The notes beneath the pieces are model-generated. The model made no database searches. It saw only the letters and a list, made by a program, of their open reading frames with translations, and was not told where the DNA came from. A program made the position numbers and the translations under genes. DNA of 64,000 nucleotides from Peribolospora baueri (taxonomy: Eukaryota), in assembly GCA_029717555.1 (NCBI GenBank), contig JAMDHS010000002.1, positions 496,001-560,000 on the forward strand. Reading direction: 5' to 3'. Positions 36,376 to 47,975 of this stretch are shown here, piece after piece. Position 1 is the first letter of the stretch. Every line of letters starts with the position of its first letter.

Positions 36376-38025
36376 ATGCTCTCCACCCTTTCCTCCTCGC
36401 CGCCTCTGCCGTCCCTACGGCTCTCTCAATCTCCAGCGCCATCAGCAGCAACTAGCTCGACCGTCGTCCTCTCTCCCCCTCCGTCCTGCTCCTCCTCGCC
36501 TCTTCACCAGACTTGGAACTTCTATTCTCCCTCTCCGTCTCCTTTGAAGGAGGATTCGCGTTTTCCTCCATTCCGAGGCGTTCAAGACATGTCCAGCCGT
36601 TCGCCGCCACGTCTCGACGACGATTACAAGGGTGACCAGAAAGGCCCGCCCAGCAGCCCGCTCACTGAGAAGTCCCTCGGCGGCGGCGGTTCTCTCCACC
36701 GGCCTTTCTCATCTACAGAATGGAGCAGTAACTTTGGTGGATTCAACACCATGGACGCCGGCCACACGCCTCCTCAACCGCTCCCACCTCCGCGCAAGTG
36801 CCACTCCTCAAGTCCGGCAGCTACCCTGCCCTTAGCCCAACTATCCTCGCCTTCCACTTCCGCCGCTCGGTGCCTGCCAGCTCCGACGGCAGCAGTCCTT
36901 GCAGCTCGTCGTCGAGCCTTTTTCTTTAAACGACCTGAGCATGCCGCTGCATCCTCCAGGTCGGCGCGACATGCTGCGAGTCAGAACCATGGCTTTGGAT
37001 CTGGCTCCTCTCGTGTGCCCATCTCCTCCATCATTGCATCTGACCTCCGACCTGGTCCATTCGTCCCGTCTACCGAGGGGATTGGAAATGGCATGGGAGA
37101 GGAGAGTCCGGAGCGCGCCCTTTGGAGGGACCGCTTCCGCGCCCGGTGCGTAGAGAGGATGCGCAGTGATCGGGACCGGAGCGTGGCTAAGGGGAGAGGG
37201 TGGGGGAGCGTCGGCGGGAGCGGGAAAGGACCAAAGAGGGGGACGGATGAAGAGATGACAGGGAAGGGCAAGGCGAGGGAGGAGAGGTGGGGGAGCGATC
37301 AGCTGAGGAGCACGAGTAGTGAGGACGGGAGCGAGAGCGATGAGGAGGATGAGGATGACGAGGTACGTCTCTTCACTTCTTTTATCCCCGGTGGAGCGCC
37401 ACCACTCTGACAACTCCACCTCTATCGCCACGTCCACCACTGTCGCAGATCATCCGCCGCGTAATGACGTCGGAGTACCGCCGACTGAAGCGCTCGCACG
37501 ACTACGCGGCGCAGAGGGAGCTCGGAAGTCTCGACCCTGATATCGTCGCTTGTCTCGAGGAGGAGTTGCGAAGGGATCAGGAGGTTGGCGCGGCCGAGGG
37601 TGAGCAGCCCATCTTCTCCCGTTTGCGCTCCGCGATGGTTCTTCGCGGCGACGAAGCGCAGGGATTCGGAGGAAAGGGGGGATGGAAGTGCTGATCAATC
37701 TCCTTCACACCTCTTCTACCTTTCCTTTTTTTTTCCCCTTCGCCTCATTTCGCCCCCGTCCGATAACGATCCGACAGACTTCGAACCGCCACCGGACGTC
37801 CTGTTCGAAGACGACCTCCTCTCCGAAGCTTACGAAGCCCATCTCGCCTCCTTGTCCGATCCGTCTCAGGACCATCGACGAGGGCAGGAAGAGCGACCTG
37901 ACGAGGGGCGAATGAGGGCGACGATGGCGACGACGACGGGCGGCGATCTAGCCATGTCCGATTGGGACGATGACGAGTTTGAGCTGGGCGACGACGCGGC
38001 CATGGCGATGGAGATGGACGGTTGA
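36376..38025 (+). CDS. Uncharacterised protein, candidate RPA-interacting protein (RPAIN/RIP)-like; exons 36376-37362, 37449-37599, 37778-38025
   Basis: Introns are in-phase GT..AG. The motif SPERALWRDRFRARCVERMRSDRDR and a later IIRRVMTSEYRRL..DIVACLEEEL resemble the RPAIN N-terminal and middle regions from memory. Confidence 0.65.
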
Positions 38026-39418
38026 TGGGACCGTTCCTTGTCGTCCATCAGTGAACATTTTGTAATGCTCACACCAGCTTTGGGGTTGCTTATGGTAAGA
38101 TAAGAGAGCGAGCTGCTCAACTCAATTTTCTTCCTTTCAGGGTTCGGTCCGAGTCGACCGAGCCTAGGATCGGGTAGACAGGAAGGAAGAGTACGAGATG
38201 AGATGAGATGGGATTGGAAAAGAAAAGCCAAGCGACCGATCGATCGGATCGAGAAAAGACGACGACGACGATACAAGTGCGGACAGTGTGACGACGGGGG
38301 GCAGATAGGCGGGCGCGGCAAAGGTCTGGAAAGGACGGACGGATGGACGGACTGAATGAATGAATGAATTGAATGAGTGGGCGGGGGAATGTGAAATGGA
38401 GGGCAAGGAATGTGTTTTAGTTGGGGGACGGAGAGAGGGAAACGGTTGGAATAAACGAGTGGCCGGACGTGAAGCAGCAAGCACGGCGGGATGGTGGGAG
38501 TGAAAGGAAGGTGGGGAAGAATGAGAAGGAAGGAAGCGACTGCGTGACCGAGACGAAGGTGAAAAAGGGGCGGACGCGAGGACGCTCGCGCCGAGCATCC
38601 AACTGGGAACGGTCAAAGGAGAAGACAAGACAAGGGAAAGAATGGGCAGACGATGATGGATGGAAGGGCGAAATGAGATGGATGCAAAGTTAATGCAAAG
38701 CTTTTTGGGGTGCAAGGAAGAAGAAAGAAGAAAGACAAAGTGGAGAATGAACATGAACATGTCGCAGAGTGGAAGACGAAGACGAAAACAATTTTTTTGG
38801 TTCGAACGAAAAAGAAAGAAGGCGAAAGTAGACCGCGGTCCCAAGTCATATAGCAGTGGATTCGGAATTGAACGGGAAGCGGGAAGCGGGACGTGTGTGT
38901 GTGTTGATGCGATGGAGACTGCGTGAGTTGGTGCGGAATATAAAAAAATGGGCCGACGGAAATAACTTGGGACGTGAAGTGGGGGCAATCAAGATTGTGA
39001 GGGAGTGCGATGGAGGAAGGAAAGGGACGGAACACGATGCAATTTTGGAAAAGAAGGGGGGGGGAAGGGAGAAACGGGCGGCTCGACTCGGGACCTCCGA
39101 TAGGGCGCGCGGTGACTTTTCGGACAGCAAGGGGAGGAGGAAGGGAGGGGAGGGGAGTTGAGAGCTTGAGATGCATGGGGAGAACCCATTGTTGAAAGCG
39201 GGTATCGATGATTGCGAAAGGGGACGGACGGAGTGACGAGATGAGTGGTTTTGGTGGCAAAGACCCAGATCGACGACGAGATGGAGAGGACACGCGAACG
39301 AGACCGAATCGAGGCGAGCGAGATCGAGATCGGAAGCCGACAGACAAAAGTCGTGCAAGTCGAGGCTGGAAGGAGGCGCTGGAGATGTTGAGTATCGAAA
39401 GGCGAGTCGTCGAGCATC

Positions 39419-42400
39419 TCACGCGACCTCATCATCTCTCCGCGACTCCTCTCGCTCAATCCTCGTTTTCATCTCCTTGAGCTGTCCATGAAGCTGACCA
39501 AAGACGACATAATGCTTGGTAGGCAAAAAGCCGTCCGGTTGTTTCTCAAGGAAGCCAAGGATCGTCTCCACGGCGGCACATGCTTGTTCGACGGTTACTT
39601 GGGACTCTTCGTTTGATGGCATGGGCGAGCGGGAGCGGGAAGTGGACGTCGAAGGTGAGCGCGGGATCGTCGCGTCGAGGCGCACCCTCGTGCTGCGCCC
39701 CCCCACGTCCGAGTCCTGCGTGCAGCGGGAAGAGCGGGAGGAGGCGCGGGAGTGGTCCATCATCGGCCCACCACCACCACCACCACCACCGCCGGCCGTC
39801 TGCGTCTGCGTCTGAGAGACACCGGGCATGGACTGCATGAGCCGAATGGCCTCCTCTCCGGCGTTGGGCGCCAAGTTGCCCGAAGCGGTCCGAGAGAGCG
39901 AGGAGGAAAAATTTTCAAACATGGTCGCGTGCAGGCTCTGGGTGGCGGCACCGTCGAAGACGTGCGAGGAGGGACCTCCGCCGTTGCCCATACCGGTGGA
40001 CGGGCGAGATGGCTGGGGGGACGTGGAAGAAGGCATGTCGCCTTGATGCTCAAGACCAGAGGGACAAAAGAAAGACGGAGGTCGAGGGTGATGCAGCGAT
40101 TCGCCGCGCGGACGTGTTTTCGGAGTATGCGGTCCGCCGCCGGCGGCGGCAAAATAGGTGCGCTCGTGAGCGGACGAGTTGCGCTGGTGATGATAGTGCG
40201 CGCCGTCGCCTCGAACCGATCCCCTCCTTTTCTTTGACATCCCATGACCTTGCCGATCGTTACCGCCGTCCGTAAGCTCGGCCAGCGCCGAGCCGTACAG
40301 CCAAGGAGGGCCGGGTTGAAGCGGTGAGCCGAGCGGGGTGGTCGAGTTGCGAGACCGACCGTCGCCATCGTCCATATCGTAGGGCTGGGAGGGCGCGTCA
40401 AAGCCCATGTGGCCGAGTCCACTGCCAAGCGGGGACAGCGAGTCGGACATCGACTCGGACTGACTGTAGTTGCGCTTCCGAGGGGAGACGACGCCCTGTG
40501 GGCGATGATGGACGGCGACGCCGCCTGCTGAGGTCAAAGGAGCCTGCGGTTGGTGGGCTGGAGGATGAGCACCGCCGTCGACGTGCATCGTCGCGCCTTG
40601 AGAGCCGGATGGCGGAGGAGGCGGAGGCGGCGGGGTCATGTCCATTGGGACGAGGTCATTCGAAGGCCCGAGGTTCTCAATGCCGTCCATCCGATCGCTA
40701 AAGTGGACGACTTGGGTCTCTACGGTCATGTCCACCGGCGCGACGAGACTACTCGGACTCGCGCCGACGCCTTGGGTAGAACGACCTGAGTGGGCGATGG
40801 CACCCACCTCACTCCCGGTGGGTGTTTCCTCCCCGTTTTGCTCCGGCGGTGGCGGAGCGGAAGAAGGGTTGTCCGTCTTACCGGCAGCGGCGAGTCCCGC
40901 TGCGCCACGGCGGATCTGGTTCCTCTCCCTAAACTTCTCGATCCATCCCCCGGATGCCTTGAACTTGTCGACTCCGAGGCCTTCCTCCCTAGCGAACGCA
41001 AGCGCTTTGGTCTTGATCGCAATATCGGTGATGGGCAGATTTTGAGCGCGTGTCTCCTCGACCCACGAGAGCAATTTACGTTCGATCTCGGGGAATTTGG
41101 CCGTGCTTTTTCAGGGCAAGCGCCCGCCGAAAGCCGGGGACACGAAAACCGGTCAGGATGATGGACAAGGACGCAAGGACGGAAACGAAACGGGCATCCT
41201 CACCGGTGCTTGGCAACCTTGGCCGACTCGCCCTCCTCCTCTATCCGGAGCCACTTCTCCTTCTGCTTGAGGATCTTGCTGACCGTGCTTCGCTCGATGC
41301 CGAACATGACGGCAATGTCGTCCTGGCGGTGCTTCGGGTTCCTCATGTGGTGGTCGCAGATGCGCTTTCTGTCGATGTTGAGCAGCTTGGTCTTACGCTT
41401 CGGAGGCACGACGCCGGCCGCGATGGCGGCAGCGGCGGCGGCGGCCTGAGCGGCTTGAGAGGCGAGCGAGACGGCAGAAGGACCGTTGAAGGAGGAGGAA
41501 GTGGAGGGCGAAGAGGCTCGGCTACTGGGGCCAGGCAGGCCAGAGGCCCCTGTGGCGGGGGAAGGGAGCATGTCAGTGGACGTATCCACCTTCGTGCCGT
41601 CGTAGCCGCCCTTGAATCTCGGGCTCGACCCGGCGCTGGCCGGCAGACCGCCGATGAGGCCGGACCCGAGGCCGCGCCCGCTGACGCTCGTGATCGAGCT
41701 GGCCACGCTGCCCGCAGGGCTCGTTGAGCGGGCCGACATAGCGCCCGAGCTCTGGCCAGTGCCGGTGCTGGTCGTGGATAGGTCGGCGGAATGGAAGCTC
41801 GTGTTGCTCAAGCTGCCGTTCGGCGTGGCCATCGACGCAGGGGAGAGCTGGTGGGTAGAATTGTAGGGGTGCGCTTGGTGAGCGGGCGTGGAGTGCTGAA
41901 CGGGGTGACCGGAGGGCGAGCCGTTGGGATTGGACATCATCATGCCGACACCGGCCTGGCCGAGGCTATGAGCGGACCGTGAGTGGGACAGGGTGCGGGT
42001 GCGAGGTAGACTGTGGCCGATGTAGACTACGCCCGAGGACGGCGGCAAAGGCGACTCGGAAAGCTGTGGGGAGGTATACAGAAAAGTCAGACGGAAGGTA
42101 TACAGAAAAAGTCAGACAAGGAGGGATGGGTCAAGGTGAGCGCACGACGGTGGGGTAGTATGCATATAGCGCGAGCATGAAAGACGAGTGCCGGCATGCA
42201 AACGACTCACTGAGCCAGCCACCAGCGCATGTCCAGCAGGTGTTGCCACCGCGGCGGACGACCCGCCGAACGTTGTTGCGTTGGCGTCCAGCGGGATAGC
42301 CGAGCCATGGCCGCCGGCGGTGGGACCCATGCTCCCTTCCAACACTTTGGAGCTTCGACGAGCCGCTGACGGATGGGCTGCGGCACGTACGTTTTCGCTG

Positions 42401-43077
42401 TGCAAATCGCCATCTTCGCGCACGGCGGTCACCGGCGGCGATGAGGATGACGGGGTAGGCTGAGGCGTCGAGCCGTGAAGGTGACTGGGCGGAGCTCCGG
42501 TTGGATGGCCCGGTGTGGGGAAGAGGGACATGCCGAGGGAAGCGTTGGAACCGGGCGCTGTGAGGCCAGACAAGGATAGCGAGCGTCCATGGCCGCTATG
42601 GCCGCCGGTGGGTCCGTGGTGATGAGCGGGTATGTGGGGACGATGATGAACGGCATGGGCGTGGCCGCCGTTGGAGGCGGAGATGAGGGCGTGAGCATTG
42701 GGGAGGGGGGCTGACTGGAGGAAGGGCGACGGCTGCGCGGAGGGCGAGGGGTGAGGATGGGGCAACTGCGGGTGATGGTAATGCTCGAGGTGGCCATCGG
42801 GAGCGGCCGAGGGTGGGGGTGCAGCAGGCCAGGTCGAGGGCGGATGCGGTGCGCGCCTCGAAGGCGGTCGAAAGCCGGGCGTGGCGGGGTGAGGATGGGC
42901 GATTTGGGAAGAGGGGAACTTGGACGGTCGTTGTTGGTGGTGACCGTGGCCGTCGGGGGAGGAGTAATGTTGCAAGGTGCGAGACTGATAGTCGAAGAGA
43001 CGGTTCATATCTTGCTCGCCGCCGAAGCCGCGCGATTGGGGCCGACCTGGTTCGACGCGACTCGTGGCCATCGTCTC

Positions 43078-43111
<34 letters not shown>

Positions 43112-43260
43112 TTTCCGGGAAACCTGTGGACGAGATGACCGTCGGGGCCATGGTGTTGCTGCGTCCTGGACGCCTGCAAGCGCTGCCCATGCCCCTGCCC
43201 CTCCTGCTGCTGCTGCTGCTGCTGACTAGCGTAGTGGGAATGGTGACGGGCGCTCACCAT
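39419..43260 (-). CDS. CENP-B-like tandem HTH DNA-binding protein (psq-type HTH plus Tc5-type HTH) without a DDE domain; 3 exons
   Basis: KLLNIDRKRIC..RQDDIAVMFGIERSTVSKILKQKEKW, then KFPEIERKLLSWV..ITDIAIKTKALAFA..FKASGGWIEKFRERNQI, flanked by long low-complexity regions. Confidence 0.9.
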
Positions 43261-43756
43261 GAAGTGCAGCGATGAGGTGGCTCAGTGTGCCGGTGCCGGG
43301 AGCCGGGAGGGTGTTGGGCGGAGGGAAAAGTGTGCGGAAGACGGCGACGCCTCGACGCTCGTGAGCGACGGGGGGAAGCTGCCAAAGAAGGGGATCGATG
43401 GACAGCAGAGGGTGGAGCATGCCCTGCGGGGGGGGGGGAAAGTACCGCGGCGATGCGGCGACGTCTCGAGCCGAGTGGAGACGGGGAAAGCGGAGGCGAC
43501 GGTGGCCGAGAGGGCTCGAGGGCTCGCGGTCAGGCGCGCATGGGCAAGCTGGCGGGTGGAGGTGACAGGGAAGGTGGACGGTGGAGGAGGTGAGTGACGG
43601 TGACGGTGATTTGTGACGGCGATGGCGATGGTGACAATGTCGATGTGAACGCCCGGCTCACTCACTCGTCCGATGGTCGGTCGGTCGGTCGGATAGAGTA
43701 GCACCAAGGCCAGCGGGTGGGACTGACTGTGTGGGCTCCGTGCTTGGCCGATGTTC

Positions 43757-44924
43757 CGTTCGTTCGTTCGTTCGTTCGTTCGTTCGTCGTGCCTGGCGAT
43801 TCGATTCGCTCGGCCGTCCAAGGTCAGTCAAGTCAAGCACGAGTCTTTGTCGTCGTCTTTGTCGTTGTCACCGTCGTCGTCGGCGAGGACAAGACGGGGT
43901 CCGCTCGACTCAAGATCGGCTCGGCTCGGCTCAGCTCAGCTCAGCTCAGCTCGGCTCGGCTCGGTTCGGCTGGACTCGGCTGGACTGGAGTGGACTTGAT
44001 TGGAGACTGTGTTGACTCGAGCCGGGGAAGGAAGGAGAGGAAGGAGGCGGGTGGTGGGAGTGGAGGGACAAGGAAAGGAAAGGCAAGCCGGAGGAGTCGA
44101 GTCGAGTTGAGTCGAGTTGAATGGCAGCAAAGCGCAACCAACGTCTGAAAAGCAAAGCCGAGCCGGCCGCGCCTCTTTGCCTCTCACTGGCCTTGGCCTT
44201 GGCCTGCCTGTGCCTTCACCCGTTCACTCCCCACTGCGCCTAAGTCCGTCCAACCGTCGACCTCGCCTCGCCTCACCCTACTCTCACCGCACATGCCTCG
44301 TGCCCTCCAGCGTGCCCCCTCTCTCATTCTTCATCGTCACTCTTCCTTCTATCCTTCCTTCCTCATACACGCCAGGCCACCACGGGGGGCAACAATGGGG
44401 CCAAGGCTAACATGCTAACAGGCAGGCCGCTAATGTCTGCCCGGCCCAGAGACGCGTTGCCATACGCCGACATTCCATCGTTACCACGTCCATCGCACTC
44501 GACACAATTCGTCCGGCGGCGAGGGGAGCAGTGCGGAGGGCGCTTACGCCACGGCCAGGCAGGCGTCCGTTCGGACAGGGCGCAGGCAACCAGCGAGCTC
44601 CCCCTTTGCCCTCCTCAGCCTCACAGGTGAGATGAGATCGGCTTTTCGTTTTCGATCGGACCGACCTCGCCGACACAACAGTAACACAGGTGAAGGACAC
44701 GAGGCGGGCCTGACGATCAGATCAGACCAGATCAGAGCACAGCAGGCGACGATGATGATGATGATGATGATGCGATGCGATGCGATGCGACGCGATGCAT
44801 CGGGCCCGTCCACTCGGCTCGGCTGCCGTCCGTCGTCCGTTCCTTATCGTTCCGTGCCCGCGGCTCTGCCCCGGTCGTGTGTAGGCACGCAGGTAGGTCG
44901 GTAGGTAGGTAGGTAGGTAGGTAG
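43757..44924. repeat. Cluster of microsatellites: (CGTT)n about 43757-43786, (GCTCR)n about 43915-43975, (GAT)n/(GCGAT)n about 44750-44798, (GGTA)n about 44892-44924
   Basis: Directly visible in the upstream region of the CENP-B-like gene. Confidence 0.9.
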
Positions 44925-47900
44925 CTTACATATATGTATGTATGTATCCAAGCACGTCGCCGTGAAATCTATACCAGTATCGATGGACGGTCGCTTCCAT
45001 TTGAACCGTCGGCCAACAGGCGACGCCCAACGTCCCAGGTCCGTAACCTATCTAATCATTGTCCACCTCCACCTCGGCCCGAGTGGAGTCGCTTGCGAGG
45101 GCAACGACCGAGACGAGGCTGCCATGCGCGTCTCCCAACGTTCCTTCCCTCGGCCCGGTGCGTCGTCGTAGCCCACGGACGCCAGCTTTTATCGGCGACC
45201 GCGTGGCGTGTGAGACTTAGCTCGACATGACGTTTCGTTTTTTTTCTTTCAGATGGTGGTGTGCGCGCCACCCGGCTTTCGTACCGCTCGTAACGTCACC
45301 CATCCTTTCCTCGGTCGGCATCGGACCTAACCGAGACGAGAAGACCGCTTCGGCGACCCGCTCCTCCCTAGCGTTCGGCGACTCGCGGCCCTGTCGAAAA
45401 GACCGTCCGAAGGATACGAAGGCACATTGCCCACTCGCACAAACAGACTATGGGAAAACCGAGGCCGTCCTCGTCGCCGAGCCGATCCCGGACGGCCACT
45501 AACTAAGCACTTAGGCAGAGCTCGGGGGTGGGTGCCGTGCGTACTGGAACCACGCAAGTGAACGTAAGTGCATCTTTCCGGGCCCTTCGGTCCCTTCTGC
45601 CTCCTTACGTGTGCAAGGGGGTCCCCTACCAACAACACCCGCTGATCGAGGGCAGATAGTAAGTTAGCTCGCCCCAGGTCCGCCGCGCCGCTCGCTCGCT
45701 CGCCTCCATCGTTTGCGAGGGCGGGTTTGAAATCTCCTTCCCTTCCCGCATACCGCACTCGAGCAAGTTTACAATGGCCGCCCCTCCTCCCCCCTCCTCC
45801 CTAGTCCTTCCCGTCAGCAGACCGACGAGAGGACGTCGACGACCACCATTCGGGCTGGCTGGCGTAGTAGTAGCGACGAAGACGAGAGCAACCGTATCGA
45901 ATGTACGAATTGTCTCGAGGACCGGATCCAAATTTCACCGAGGCCGATCAGGGCGCGCGTGGCAGATGCGGCTGCGGCACGACGTGACGCAGACATCGGC
46001 GCTCCTTTTCTGCGCCAGCTGCATGTAACCGGCCCGCAGGGACAGGACTGGATGGACTGTGTGTGGGACGTTATCAAAGGCTATCGGATAGCCAGCCAGC
46101 CTCTTCCGTCCACTAGACGCTCACTCACGAAGCGGTCATGTGAAGCCGGCGTTGAGGCGTTGAGGCGCCGCACACTCGCTCGCGGCTCGTAAAAGGCGCA
46201 CGGCACTCGAGTCGCTGCTGCCGATCCTAATAAGCGCCCCCGTCGCCACCCCAAGTGCCTGCCTAACCACAGAAGTACGCCACCATTCGCCGGTCCCACC
46301 CGATCATGCGCCACGCCTCGTGTGCTCCACCCACACCACTCCCTTCGCGCTCCTCTCTACCTGCGAGCGAGAGGCGAGAGGCCTGCCCTCGACGGTGCCT
46401 CGCACACTTCGTGGCGAATCAAAGTCGGGTCGGCTCGCTCGCTCGCTCGCTGACTAGCGTACAGGCCTCGCCTCGCCTGCAGACGAGGACGGAAAATCGC
46501 CCGACGGGCGTCTCGGGCAGCTCGGCGCGCCGGACGCCGGAGATGGTGGAGAGATAACCCACCGACCGGACCGGGGCAACGCCTTCCGCCACCGCCCGTC
46601 AGGTTGGGACTAGCTACGTGGGGAAAGGGAGCGCACTTACTGGAAGTACTTACGTGTGGTGTCGCCTCGTTGCAACTGACCCGAATATCCAACCTGCCGA
46701 GACTAAGTTAAGCTGCGTGGCGCCTTAAGGCAGATTTTCATTTGCAGACTGCCTCCACCGCACATTGCTCCTGGCCCCTTCGCGGGGTGGAGCGAACGCG
46801 AACGAGAACGAGGTGTTCAGCACCTGAAGACGGGCCACAAGGACTAGTTAGCTTACGCAAGTACGCCCTCCATGCCGGGACCTCACAGGCGTAGCTTCCG
46901 TCCAAAGGTCGATCCGATCGCCCCGTCGACGGCGCCGGGTGCCTCGGCATCCGGCCGTCCGTCCAAGGCGGCTGGGGCTTAACGGTCGCTAGAGCTAGAA
47001 CGAGGACTAAGTTGCCACGGTGCACGCCATCCATCATAGACGTCGGCAGACGGAGATCCTCGTTTACGTTGCCTCCCTCTTTCCTGCTTTCCTGCACCTC
47101 ATTTCCCTCGTTTCGCGACGCACGCGCATCAGTCGTCGCATGAGTCTCGGCGAAAGTCCTTTGACCGACGGACGGAGCGAGCGCGTTGCAAGTAAAAAGG
47201 ACAGTATGTGGTGTTCTTCAACAGCAAGCAGCGATTACGTCCCTCGGCTTCTATTTTGAAAGACCCTCCGGGCGCTCAACCTTCTATAGAGACCCGAACC
47301 TGCCTCGGTTCATGCTGCCCGCTCGCCTCGGGCCGCCTCGTGCTCTGCCTGGGCCACGTACGGGATCGGCGGTAGTTCAGATGAATCGCAAGACGTCCTG
47401 TCCTCTCCCCGCCGCCGGGTCAGAGCATCGTCCGGACGAGACGCGCGGTCCTCCTGTGGCTGAAGACGGAAGAATTCCCAGCCACTTGTGCGCCAGCTGG
47501 CGAGGCGAGAAAGACACTTTCACGGTCTCACTCACGGGCACTTGCTCTCAAGTGATCGACTCCCACGTCACGGTCCGTTCCCGCAGCCGGTCGAAGCGCC
47601 TCTACTCCGTTTCAGCTTGACGGGACTCATGGCTACGCCTCTTGCGCCTCCCTCCGCTTGGCAGACTTTCATGTCCGGAGCACGTCCCTCTATCCTGCCC
47701 GACCGTTGGCGAGTCGAACCTGCGATCTCTTCGGGCAAAGTAAGGGCCAAGCCTCGCCGACGCCACGTGGCCATGTTCATGTTCCTGGGAGATGAATCGA
47801 TCGACTGCGGCGCGCGGCCTTCGATCACGCCATCTTCCGGCCCAGTGGTTCAACCGCAAAGGTGGGCTCCGATTTTTCTCGCTTGAGAGAACGGATGACT

Positions 47901-47975
47901 GTGGTGAGCGCCGGCTTGACCTTGCTTTCCTCCTCCATCTTACTTTTCTCACTCACCCCTTCCTTCCGTCTTCTC

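Noticed and set aside
38100..39420. Several Phe/Ser/Leu-rich minus ORFs
   Set aside because: Low-complexity pyrimidine-rich 3' UTR/terminator region between convergent genes.
39419..43260. Active Tc1/pogo transposon
   Set aside because: No DDE catalytic domain or terminal inverted repeats; intron-containing host-like gene.
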